From assembly GCA_014360905.1 (NCBI GenBank), contig JACIWW010000004.1:71994-135993 (forward strand): a stretch of DNA of 64,000 nt, read 5' to 3'. Below the pieces are notes generated by a model, which saw only the letters and a program-made list of their open reading frames with translations, made no database searches and had not been told where the DNA came from. The translations under genes and the position numbers were made by a program. This DNA comes from Chloroflexota bacterium. GTDB lineage: Bacteria > Chloroflexota > Anaerolineae > UBA2200. Shown piece after piece: positions 39,309-48,012 of this stretch. Position 1 is the first letter of the stretch. Every line of letters begins with the position of its first letter.

Positions 39309-40625
39309 TCATCTACCGAATCTTGTGTTGAGCACGTCCTGTAATGTGGGCCGTCCAATCTCCTGCAGTTCGTAGCGCACGCGTTGCGTCGGGCGGTTGA
39401 TCTTGACCACGCGCCGCAGATCAATAGGCGTGGCAACGATGACCATGTCGCATGGCGTGACATTGATGGTTTCTTCCAGCTCCTGAATTTGCCTGGCTCC
39501 ATAACCCATAGCCGGCAGCACAGAGCCGGTATGAGGATATTTCTGATAAGTCTCTGCGATAGAACCAACTGCATAAGGTCGCGGATCTACGATTTCTGCC
39601 GCCCCAAAGCGCCGCGCAGCCACAACGCCCGCGCCATAGGACATCTCGCCATGAGTCAGAGTAGGACCATCCTCCACAACCAGGACTCGGCGTCCTCTGA
39701 TTGCCTGTGGGTCATCAACAAATATGGGGGATGCCGCATCCACCACGACAGCACGGGGGTTCACGGCCAAGATGTTGTGTCGGACTGTCTCCATCTTATC
39801 TGGCTCTGATGTATCGATCTTGTTGATGACGACCACATCTGCCATGCGCAAATTGGCTTCGCCAGGGTGGTACCGCAGCTCGTGTCCAGCTCGATGGGGA
39901 TCCGTAACAACGATATGCAGATCAGGCTTGTAAAATGGCAAATCGTTGTTGCCGCCATCCCACAATAGGATTTCGGCCTCTTGTTCCGCTTGACGCAGAA
40001 TTCGTTCGTAATCCACACCTGCATAGACAATAGTGCCTCTATCCAAGTGAGGCTCGTATTCCTCGCGTTCTTCGATGGTGCATTCATACTTGTCCAGGTC
40101 TTCATAACTGGCAAACCGCTGATAAACCTGTTTAACCAGATTGCCATAGGGCATGGGATGTCGCACGACAACTACCTTTTTCCCCATCTGACGCAGGATA
40201 TCCGAAACACGGCGCGTCGTCTGGCTCTTTCCACTGCCGGTACGAACAGCGCAGACGGAAACTACCGGCACTTTGGCTTTCAACATAGTCTCTTTGCTCA
40301 TCAAACGGAAATCTGCACCTACAGCCAAGACCTGTGACGCTTTGTGCATCACGTATTCATGGGGCACATCGCTGTAAGCAAAAACTACCTGGTCTATATC
40401 CCGCTCGCGGATGAGCGTTTCGAGCTCGCTTTCAGGATAAATGGGAATGCCAGCGGGATAGAGTTTACCAGCCAGCTCTGGGGGGTATGTGCGTCCCTCA
40501 ATATTGGGTATCTGCGTGGCAGTGAAAGCAACCACCTCAAAAAGGGGGTTATCACGGAAACAAACGTTAAAGTTATGAAAATCGCGCCCTGCAGCGCCCA
40601 TGATCAACACGCGTGTCTTCTTCAT
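39309..40625 (-). CDS. P-loop NTPase, tentatively of the cyclic 2,3-diphosphoglycerate synthetase-like family.
   Basis: 438 aa. Walker-A-like AVRTGSGKSQT in the middle of the protein. The family assignment is from memory of the architecture only. Confidence 0.35.
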   Translation of the reverse strand: MKKTRVLIMGAAGRDFHNFNVCFRDNPLFEVVAFTATQIPNIEGRTYPPELAGKLYPAGIPIYPESELETLIRERDIDQVVFAYSDVPHEYVMHKASQVLAVGADFRLMSKETMLKAKVPVVSVCAVRTGSGKSQTTRRVSDILRQMGKKVVVVRHPMPYGNLVKQVYQRFASYEDLDKYECTIEEREEYEPHLDRGTIVYAGVDYERILRQAEQEAEILLWDGGNNDLPFYKPDLHIVVTDPHRAGHELRYHPGEANLRMADVVVINKIDTSEPDKMETVRHNILAVNPRAVVVDAASPIFVDDPQAIRGRRVLVVEDGPTLTHGEMSYGAGVVAARRFGAAEIVDPRPYAVGSIAETYQKYPHTGSVLPAMGYGARQIQELEETINVTPCDMVIVATPIDLRRVVKINRPTQRVRYELQEIGRPTLQDVLNTRFGR

Positions 40626-40668
40626 CGAAGCATCTCCTCTTAATCAAGCAGCCCCAAAAGCCTTACTG

Positions 40669-41589
40669 CTAGGAAGCCCCGCATTCCGCAGCAAGCAAGG
40701 CACCAGCCGCAATGCATACCAACCGCGTCTCAGGCGGGTCAGCTCGTGAACCAACCACCAGTGGTGCTTTGCCCCCGACCACCAGGCCAGCCATGCGGCC
40801 TCCAGCAAAGTAGGTAATCCCTTTGGCCATGATGTTAACCGATTCCACATCCGGCCCCACCAGCACCTCAGCATAGCCCGCTACCGGCCCGCCGCGGCCA
40901 CGCTGTCGCGCAATCTCTGGCGACACGGCCGTATCTAAGAGAAAAGGCCCATCAACAAGCGCACCCTCGGCCAGCCACCGGTCTTGCATGGCCACAATCT
41001 CTGCAATTTCAACCGTCACAGGCAATTCTGCAAAAACCTCATCAGTTGCTGCCAGAAGGGCCACTTTAGGCTGTTGAATGCCAAATCCACGCGCCACGGC
41101 GATGCTATTGCTGATAATCTCGATCTTTTGCTCTTTGGTAGGATAAAGCACGACACCGCCATCCGCGATGAAGAGCAAGCGGTCGAAGCCAGGCACTTCA
41201 AAAACGCCTACGTGAGAGATAAGGCGGTTCGTTCGCAGCCCAGCCTCACGCGCCAATGCCGCGCGGAGAAAGGTGCTGGTTGGCAATTGCCCTTTAATCG
41301 CTACTTTGGCATCGCCCGTGGCTACAAGGCGCATGCTTTTCTCAGCTGCTACTGCCTCATCCAGCTCATCCACGATGTGCATCGTGGCGAGATCTAAGCC
41401 ACGTTCACGTGCTATCTCGTGGATGCTCTGAGCACACCCAACCAATGTAGCGTCAATAATGCCGCGTACTTGAGCCTCACAAGCAGCTTGTAAAACTTCA
41501 TATTCATGTGCTGCAGTGATCACCACCGGGACTGGCCCCACGGCAGCGGCTGCTGCGAGCAATTCCTGGTAATTTTTGATGGGGGGCAT
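40669..41589 (-). CDS. Phosphate acetyl/butyryl-transferase (short Pta/Ptb family).
   Basis: 306 aa. Size and GD.K..IKG style motifs of the Pta_PTB family. Confidence 0.65.
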   Translation of the reverse strand: MPPIKNYQELLAAAAAVGPVPVVITAAHEYEVLQAACEAQVRGIIDATLVGCAQSIHEIARERGLDLATMHIVDELDEAVAAEKSMRLVATGDAKVAIKGQLPTSTFLRAALAREAGLRTNRLISHVGVFEVPGFDRLLFIADGGVVLYPTKEQKIEIISNSIAVARGFGIQQPKVALLAATDEVFAELPVTVEIAEIVAMQDRWLAEGALVDGPFLLDTAVSPEIARQRGRGGPVAGYAEVLVGPDVESVNIMAKGITYFAGGRMAGLVVGGKAPLVVGSRADPPETRLVCIAAGALLAAECGAS

Positions 41590-41643
41590 TCCAAAGGCTC
41601 CTTTGACCTTGGATAGAATGTAATCAGATTGTAAAGGCGTTGC

Positions 41644-42354
41644 TCACGAACGTCCCCGATAGGCCAATTTGGCCAATAGAATACCCACTTCATACATCAG
41701 CAACAAGGGCAGCATCACTAACCCCATATTAAAGGGATCAGGAGTAGGTGTGATGACTGCTGCGAGCACTGCAATAATCAGAATAGCGAATTTACGATTC
41801 TGTGACAGGAATTGGGGCGAGATGATGCGTAAGCGAGCCAAAAAGTAAAGGATCAACGGTGTCTCAAAGATAACCCCAGACCAAAAGAGAAGCGTTGTCA
41901 CAAAGGAAATATATTCGCCGATGGTCCACTTGGCCTCCACCAGATCACCGCCGAAGGAGACCAAATAACGCAAAGCAAAGGGTAACAATACGAAATAGGT
42001 GAACAGCACTCCCAGGATGAAAGACAGTGTGGCTGCTGGAACGATAATACGCACGTACAGTCGCTCGCTGTTCCGGAGCCCTGGCCATACAAATTGGATC
42101 GTTTGATATACGATAACCGGCATCGCCAAAATGCTGCCAGCCAAAAGCGCCACTCTGAAATAGGTGACAAACATTTCCGTGGGCCGTAAAAAAACTGGCT
42201 TGATTCCTGCTGGAGCGATGAGGATGCGCATGATCTGAGTAGTGAAAGCAAAAGACAGGGCAGTCGTGATCGCTACCGCGATCAGGCATTTCATCAGCCG
42301 CTGACGCAGCTCCTCAAGGTGTTCGATGATGGTCATCTGCACTTCATTTGCCAT
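41644..42354 (-). CDS. tatC: Twin-arginine translocase subunit TatC.
   Basis: 236 aa. HLEELRQRL N-terminal motif. Six hydrophobic helices. Confidence 0.85.
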   Translation of the reverse strand: MANEVQMTIIEHLEELRQRLMKCLIAVAITTALSFAFTTQIMRILIAPAGIKPVFLRPTEMFVTYFRVALLAGSILAMPVIVYQTIQFVWPGLRNSERLYVRIIVPAATLSFILGVLFTYFVLLPFALRYLVSFGGDLVEAKWTIGEYISFVTTLLFWSGVIFETPLILYFLARLRIISPQFLSQNRKFAILIIAVLAAVITPTPDPFNMGLVMLPLLLMYEVGILLAKLAYRGRS

Positions 42355-42432
42355 AGACGCTAACCCTTAGCTCATCCTCCTCGGCTAAGCTGTTTCTAGT
42401 AAGTACCTCACCTCTGGCTCACAGCGTTACGC

Positions 42433-42852
42433 CTACTCTGTAGACACTGCGCCTCGATTCGACACCAGTGTGCCTAGCACACCATTGACAAAACGTCGCG
42501 AACTATCGCTCCCAAAGAGCTTGGCGAGTTCCACTGCTTCATTAATCGCCACTTTAACTGGCGTTTGCCCATCCACCGTTATTTCGTAAACGGCAATGCG
42601 CAATATGTTCCGGTCCACAATAGCCATCTGCTCCAGAGGCCAATCGGTTGCAATGTTCTGGATGATCTCATCCAGTTCCTGAAGGTGCTCTAATACCCCC
42701 AACACCAATTGTCTGGCAAAAGTCCTCCCCTCAGCAGGCAGGGGCTTCTCTTCGAGACGCTGTGCCAGAACTTGTTCTGCGGGATGGTTTACACTATCTA
42801 CTTCGAACAAGGTTTGCAGGGCCACGATGCGGGCCTGACGTCTGGTCTTCAT
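42433..42852 (-). CDS. nusB: Transcription antitermination factor NusB.
   Basis: 139 aa. RRQARIVALQTLFEVD N-terminus. Confidence 0.85.
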   Translation of the reverse strand: MKTRRQARIVALQTLFEVDSVNHPAEQVLAQRLEEKPLPAEGRTFARQLVLGVLEHLQELDEIIQNIATDWPLEQMAIVDRNILRIAVYEITVDGQTPVKVAINEAVELAKLFGSDSSRRFVNGVLGTLVSNRGAVSTE

Positions 42853-42861
42853 TTTCGAACC

Positions 42862-43197
42862 CTAGGCTTCGCGAGCCTCCACATCCACGATGTGCACATT
42901 CACTTCACTAACAGCCATGCCCACGATTTCACGGATCGCACGACTCACTTTGGACTGTATTTCTCGACTTAATTGCAGCATATTGACATCGGTAGCAGCT
43001 ACAATGTAAATATCCAGAATCACTGCGTCATCAATGACCTGCACCTTGACACCCCCGCCTTGGCGTGCACTCCAAAGCCGATGCACTCCCAGCGGGCTCA
43101 TTTGCACCACGCCTGGTACTGAGAGCGTGGTCTGTCGGGCAATCGTTGCCAAGACTGTCGGAGAGATCACTACTGTGCCCAATTTCCGTTCCACCAC
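42862..43197 (-). CDS. Asp23/Gls24-family (alkaline shock) protein. The start was placed at an internal GTG to avoid running through the fabG 3' end.
   Basis: Conserved Asp23 core (GTVVISPTVLATIARQ ... VNVHIVDV). The drawn ORF extends 147 nt further upstream with a non-protein-like N-terminus. Confidence 0.6.
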   Translation of the reverse strand: MVERKLGTVVISPTVLATIARQTTLSVPGVVQMSPLGVHRLWSARQGGGVKVQVIDDAVILDIYIVAATDVNMLQLSREIQSKVSRAIREIVGMAVSEVNVHIVDVEAREA

Positions 43198-43225
43198 TGT
43201 GCCTTCTCCTTTGCAATCACTGCCG

Positions 43226-43975
43226 TCATTGCATTGCCAAGCCGCCATCCACAGACAACACTTGTCCTGTGATATAACTGGCCTCGTCCGAAACCAGAAA
43301 AGCCACGGCATTGGCAATGTCCTCTGGAGATCCGGGACGCCCAAGGGGCGTCATTTCTATACCTTTTGCGACTAGCTCTGGGGGCAAGATAGCGGTCAGA
43401 TCCGTAGGGATGTAGCCTGGGGCTACTGCATTGACCGTGATGTTGCGCACCCCCACTTCCTTGGCCAATGCCTTGGTAAAACCAACCAGACCTGCCTTGG
43501 CGGCGGCATAGTTTGCCTGACCCGGATTGCCAGCCAACCCGGCGATCGAAGTGATGTTGACGATACGGCCGTAACGTTGTTTGAGCATCGGACGCTGGGC
43601 TGCTTTGGTGCAATTGAAAGCCCCTTTCAGATTGGTGTTGATTACTACGTCCCAATCCTCTTCAGACATACGCACCAACAGGGTATCACGGGTAGTACCC
43701 GCATTATTGACCAAGATATCTAATCGACCAAAGTGATCCAATGCACTCTGAATCAGCCTTTGTGCGTCGTCGTAGATGCTGACATCAGCCTGCACAGCGA
43801 TCGCCTCCCCCCCTATGGCGCGGATGTGCTGCACCACTTCCTCTGCCGCAGCCTGATTGCTGCGGTAGTTAACCACCACTTTTGCTCCCAAGCTGGCCAG
43901 TTTAATGGCAATGGCTCGACCAATACCACGGGATGCTCCAGTTACGACTGCTACCCTGCCGTCTAATTCCCTCAT
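43226..43975 (-). CDS. fabG: 3-oxoacyl-[ACP] reductase FabG.
   Basis: Start taken at MRELDGRVAVVTGASRGIGRAIA. NNAG and YxxxK (YAAAK) motifs. Follows fabD. Confidence 0.85.
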   Translation of the reverse strand: MRELDGRVAVVTGASRGIGRAIAIKLASLGAKVVVNYRSNQAAAEEVVQHIRAIGGEAIAVQADVSIYDDAQRLIQSALDHFGRLDILVNNAGTTRDTLLVRMSEEDWDVVINTNLKGAFNCTKAAQRPMLKQRYGRIVNITSIAGLAGNPGQANYAAAKAGLVGFTKALAKEVGVRNITVNAVAPGYIPTDLTAILPPELVAKGIEMTPLGRPGSPEDIANAVAFLVSDEASYITGQVLSVDGGLAMQ

Positions 43976-44958
43976 GTTTCCACCAACATTTCGATTTCTT
44001 GCACAGTGCCCGCGTTGAGGATGCACACGCTACGGTCAATACGCTTGATCAGCCCGCTCAATACATCCTTTGGCCCAATCTCGACGAAAGTTTGCACTCC
44101 GTGAGCAATCATATAGCGCACAGATTCCACCCAGCGCACAGGCGAAGTGAGATGCTGCACCAGTTCACGACGGATATCCGCTGGCTCCACAATAGCGGAG
44201 GCAGAGACATTGCTCACAATGGGCACTTGAGCTTTGTTCAGGGTCAACCCATTCACGATAATAGCAAAGGATTCTGCTGCAGGCTCCATCAATGGGGAAT
44301 GAGAAGCAATATTTACCGCTAACGGAACAACCCTTTTCGCCCCTCTTCCCATAGCCAATTGCAGTGCCTTTTCTAGCGCAGGTTTACTGCCCGACAGCAC
44401 AATTTGCCCCGGTGCATTATCGTTGGACACCCATACGTTGCCTACTTCCTCGCAAATAGCACGCAATGGTCCAACTTCAAGACCCAACACCGCGGCCATA
44501 GCTCCTGGCTTTTTGTCTCCAACTTCTTTCATCAAACGCCCTCGCTCGCGAACTAGCCGCAGGGCTGAGGCGAAATCAAGCACCCCGGCTGCAAACAAAG
44601 CCGTGTATTCACCCGTACTGTGCCCAGCCACAAAGGCTGGGGTTCTGCCTTGGAACCAGCCCTCAGAGGTCGGGCGTTTTGCCTCTACCTGCTCTTGCAA
44701 AACAGCCCATAATGCTGCGCTGACGGTGAGCATGGCTGGTTGAACATTGACCGCATCCATCAGTTCGTCATCTGGCCCCTCGAAACACAATCTAGAAAGG
44801 GGGAAATGAAGGATGGCATCCGCTTCTTCAAAAAAGCACTTTGCTGTCGGGTAGCGGTCATACACATCGCGGCCCATGCCTACATATTGAGAGCCGCTGC
44901 CAGGAAAGACAAAAGCCAATTTGTTCTGTGTTGCTATGGACACTGCCTCGCTGTTCAT
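43972..44958 (-). CDS. fabD: Malonyl-CoA:ACP transacylase FabD.
   Basis: 328 aa. FVFPGSGSQYVGMG and GHSTGE active-site serine motif. Confidence 0.85.
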   Translation of the reverse strand: MNSEAVSIATQNKLAFVFPGSGSQYVGMGRDVYDRYPTAKCFFEEADAILHFPLSRLCFEGPDDELMDAVNVQPAMLTVSAALWAVLQEQVEAKRPTSEGWFQGRTPAFVAGHSTGEYTALFAAGVLDFASALRLVRERGRLMKEVGDKKPGAMAAVLGLEVGPLRAICEEVGNVWVSNDNAPGQIVLSGSKPALEKALQLAMGRGAKRVVPLAVNIASHSPLMEPAAESFAIIVNGLTLNKAQVPIVSNVSASAIVEPADIRRELVQHLTSPVRWVESVRYMIAHGVQTFVEIGPKDVLSGLIKRIDRSVCILNAGTVQEIEMLVET

Positions 44959-45917
44959 TGAGAGCTACAGCTATCGGTGACATGGCGCGGCAAATGCAGC
45001 AAGAGATCCTCAGCCTCTGAGATGATGCGTTCGATTAATTCAGCAACGCTAGGAATATCATGAACCAGGCCACAACTTTGCCCAGCCATAAAAGACCCTT
45101 CTACTACATTCCCTTCCACAGCCGCCAGACGCAGCTTGCCTGTTCCAAACTCGATGAGCGCCTCTTCACTAAGCTCCTGCTTCTCCATCTCCTCGAATTT
45201 GCGTGTCATGGGGTTACGCAGAGCACGCACGGGATGGCCCAGGCTATGCCCCGTGGTGATCGTGGCTCTGTCGCCAGCTTTGACAATCATGTCCTTGTAG
45301 TTCGGGTGCACTGTGCATTCTTTCGTACAGATAAAGCGCGTGCCCATTTGTATACCGACTGCTCCCAACGCAAGCGCTGCTACTAAACCGCGCCCATCAG
45401 CAAATCCCCCTGCCGCTATAACAGGAATCTGCACTGCATCTACAACCTGGGGTACCAGGGGCAATGTCCCCACATCTCCGATATGCCCCCCCGATTCGCT
45501 GCCCTCTGCTATCACCGCATCTGCACCAACTCGTTCGAGTCGTTTGGCAAGCGCTACGGATGCTACCACCGGTATCACCAGGATGCCCGCTTGTTTCAAT
45601 ATGGGAATGTAAGCGCTGGGGTTCCCTGCTCCCGTGGTGACCACTGGCACCTTTTCGCGCACGCAGATCTGGAAAACATCCTGAGCAAAGGGGGAAAACA
45701 TGGGTACGTTGACCCCGAAGGGCTTACTGGTGCACCTCTTGATCTCACGTATCTGCGCCTCAACCAAATCAGGCGGGGCATTCCCTGCCCCCAGGATGCC
45801 TAAAGCTCCTGCTTCAGAGACCGCAACTACCAGAGGAGGGGTTGAAACCCAAGCCATCCCCCCTTGCAGAATTGGATGTTCAATGTCTAGTAAGTCACAA
45901 AGAGGCGTTCTAATCAT
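44955..45917 (-). CDS. fabK: Enoyl-[ACP] reductase II FabK (FMN-dependent, nitronate monooxygenase fold).
   Basis: 320 aa. HPILQGGMAWVS N-terminus. Position immediately upstream of fabD, as in Streptococcus/Clostridia FAS clusters. Confidence 0.7.
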   Translation of the reverse strand: MIRTPLCDLLDIEHPILQGGMAWVSTPPLVVAVSEAGALGILGAGNAPPDLVEAQIREIKRCTSKPFGVNVPMFSPFAQDVFQICVREKVPVVTTGAGNPSAYIPILKQAGILVIPVVASVALAKRLERVGADAVIAEGSESGGHIGDVGTLPLVPQVVDAVQIPVIAAGGFADGRGLVAALALGAVGIQMGTRFICTKECTVHPNYKDMIVKAGDRATITTGHSLGHPVRALRNPMTRKFEEMEKQELSEEALIEFGTGKLRLAAVEGNVVEGSFMAGQSCGLVHDIPSVAELIERIISEAEDLLLHLPRHVTDSCSSQ

Positions 45918-45989
45918 GTAATTCCCTTCTTGCCTTGATGCCGTCTGCCTCGAGCTAACAGAAAGGCTCGTTAGGCAAGGTTTCGATGC

Positions 45990-46190
45990 CTAAGATTCTT
46001 TTTTAGTCTTGGTCTTGATCTCGATGACCTCGGTGCCCTTGTAACTGCCACAAGATGGGCACACGTGGTGCGGACGACGCAATTCATGGCATTGCGGGCA
46101 GGGCACCAATTTAGTCGTTTTCAACGCCAGATGGCTGCGCCTGCGATCACGTCGTCCTTTCGATATTTTCCTTTTCGGTAATGCTCCCAC
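45990..46190 (-). CDS. rpmF: 50S ribosomal protein L32.
   Basis: 66 aa. PKRK.S..RR..RRSH N-terminus. CPQC...CPSC Zn ribbon. Confidence 0.85.
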   Translation of the reverse strand: MGALPKRKISKGRRDRRRSHLALKTTKLVPCPQCHELRRPHHVCPSCGSYKGTEVIEIKTKTKKES

Positions 46191-46216
46191 GACGTAAATA
46201 CTCCTTTCCAGATAGG

Positions 46217-46735
46217 CTACAACAAGCCATGCAAGATCATCAGTCTGGGATCGCTCTCCTCATACTGACAATCACATGGCCCCTCATTCAGATTTTTTCC
46301 GCACTGCGGGCATAAACCTCGGCATTGTGGGCTACACAACGGCGCTATAGGTACGCCTAGCAGCAAGTTCTGACGCACCACCTCCGTAAGATCAAGAATG
46401 TGATGCAAATCCGTCCTGGTCGCCTCGTCCTCACCGACCTCAAGAGGCAGCAGTGCGCCGGTCAATATATCTACAGAAGGACGGAAATGCTCCTCTAATT
46501 CCAGCACAACGGACACGGTAACCGGTGTCAAACACCGCCGACAAGGTACTCGGATCTCCGTCTGCAAGTGACCTGTCACAAGGATCCCACTGCCAGTACG
46601 CAAGAGCCTAACCCTGCCAAGCAGCATTGAAACAATGTCTAAATCCTCGTCAATGCCAGTGATGTCCTCGTCGAGATCATATTCCCTGCTAGCACCAGCA
46701 GGAGATTTGAGCAATTGAGCTACATTGAAGCGCAT
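46217..46735 (-). CDS. yceD: YceD/DUF177 family protein (large-subunit rRNA accumulation protein).
   Basis: 172 aa. Conserved position immediately upstream of rpmF. C-terminal CxxC...CxxC. Confidence 0.75.
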   Translation of the reverse strand: MRFNVAQLLKSPAGASREYDLDEDITGIDEDLDIVSMLLGRVRLLRTGSGILVTGHLQTEIRVPCRRCLTPVTVSVVLELEEHFRPSVDILTGALLPLEVGEDEATRTDLHHILDLTEVVRQNLLLGVPIAPLCSPQCRGLCPQCGKNLNEGPCDCQYEESDPRLMILHGLL

Positions 46736-46860
46736 AGCATCAACACCTATTCAAAAATACATGTGCCAAGGCGTTAGCCGCAGGACGCATTGTAGGACAC
46801 AGAAGGTATTGTGTCAAACATCGCAGCATAGACATCGGGTCTTTAATGAGTTTGCTCCGC

Positions 46861-47325
46861 TTACTCCGAGGATGATGGCATACGTCTCCTGCGCAGTTGC
46901 TCTAGACCATTGGAAGTGGTCTTCAGCAAAGAAGACAGCTCAGTCTCCAATTGGCTGAGGATGCCAATGGCATACTCATCTGCACCCTTGCAAATGTCTT
47001 CCGCTTGGCGCCTGGCCTCTGCTCTAATGCTTTCTGCCTCAGCGCGTGCTGCCGAAACGATCTCGTGCTCATCCACCAAACACGCGGCTTTTTCATGCGC
47101 TTCTTCGATAATGCGTTCGGCCTCCTGTGCAGCCGTGGTTAATATCCTTTCTCGATCCTGAAGCAGGTCATTCGCGCGTTTCACTTCCTGGGGAATAGAA
47201 ACGCGCATTTGGTCAATGAGATCGAAAAAGGCATTTTCATCCACAACGGTTTTGGCCGTAAAGGGGATACGCCAGCCTCCGTTGACAAGAGCTTCCAACC
47301 GATCAACAAGGGTCAGGATGTCCAT
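46861..47325 (-). CDS. Hypothetical coiled-coil protein.
   Basis: 154 aa, charged and Ala-rich heptad-like composition. No family recognised. Confidence 0.4.
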   Translation of the reverse strand: MDILTLVDRLEALVNGGWRIPFTAKTVVDENAFFDLIDQMRVSIPQEVKRANDLLQDRERILTTAAQEAERIIEEAHEKAACLVDEHEIVSAARAEAESIRAEARRQAEDICKGADEYAIGILSQLETELSSLLKTTSNGLEQLRRRRMPSSSE

Positions 47326-47471
47326 AGTGACTACCGCCTTTCACAGAAGGATATAAACCCCGAAAAGCTCACGCACATGGTATACACTTAAAACGCGCAC
47401 ATAGGGCTCTCATGCCTGCTATGCAATAAAACTGCACAGGAACTGTCTTTGCTCGGTCTTGAAATCAATCC

Positions 47472-47999
47472 CTAATCCCGTAAGGACACAATCTGCACCT
47501 TCGAACCCGCATCTGACCCGAGGAGATGAAATTTCTCTTTCAAAGCCTCGGCTACATGCTTTGGAACCATGGCATCTATGCATCCTCCCACCATGGCAAT
47601 TTCCTTGATAACGCTGGAACTCAGAAAAGTGTATTCCTGGCTAGTAATCAAACACACCGTGTCGATCTCAGGGGCCAGCTTTCGGTTCGTCAATGCCATC
47701 TGAAACTCCAACTCGAAATCCGACAAAGCTCTCAACCCGCGCACAATAACACGTGCTCCGACACTGCGAGCGAATTTGACCGTCAAGCCGCTATAAGCCT
47801 GAACAGTAACATTCGGTAGCTCCTTCAGTGCTACCTCCGCCAAGGCTACCCGTTCCATGGTTGAGAACAGTAGATTCTTAAGCGGGCGATCATAGACCGC
47901 CACGATCAAGCGTTCAAAGAGAGGTGCGGCGCGGGTAGCGATGTCTATATGGCCATTGGTGATAGGGTCAAAAGTGCCCGGATAGATTGCTGTAGTCAT
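47472..47999 (-). CDS. coaD: Phosphopantetheine adenylyltransferase CoaD.
   Basis: 175 aa. AIYPGTFDPITNGH HxGH-type motif. Confidence 0.9.
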   Translation of the reverse strand: MTTAIYPGTFDPITNGHIDIATRAAPLFERLIVAVYDRPLKNLLFSTMERVALAEVALKELPNVTVQAYSGLTVKFARSVGARVIVRGLRALSDFELEFQMALTNRKLAPEIDTVCLITSQEYTFLSSSVIKEIAMVGGCIDAMVPKHVAEALKEKFHLLGSDAGSKVQIVSLRD

Positions 48000-48012
48000 C
48001 CCTTCCTCTTTC

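Noticed and set aside
43198-43344. The 5' extension of the Asp23-like ORF as drawn by the ORF finder (start at 43344).
   Set aside because: It would overlap the fabG 3' end by 119 nt, and the encoded N-terminus (MGVPDLQRTLPMPWLFWFRTRP...) is not protein-like. The conserved Asp23 core begins near 43197.
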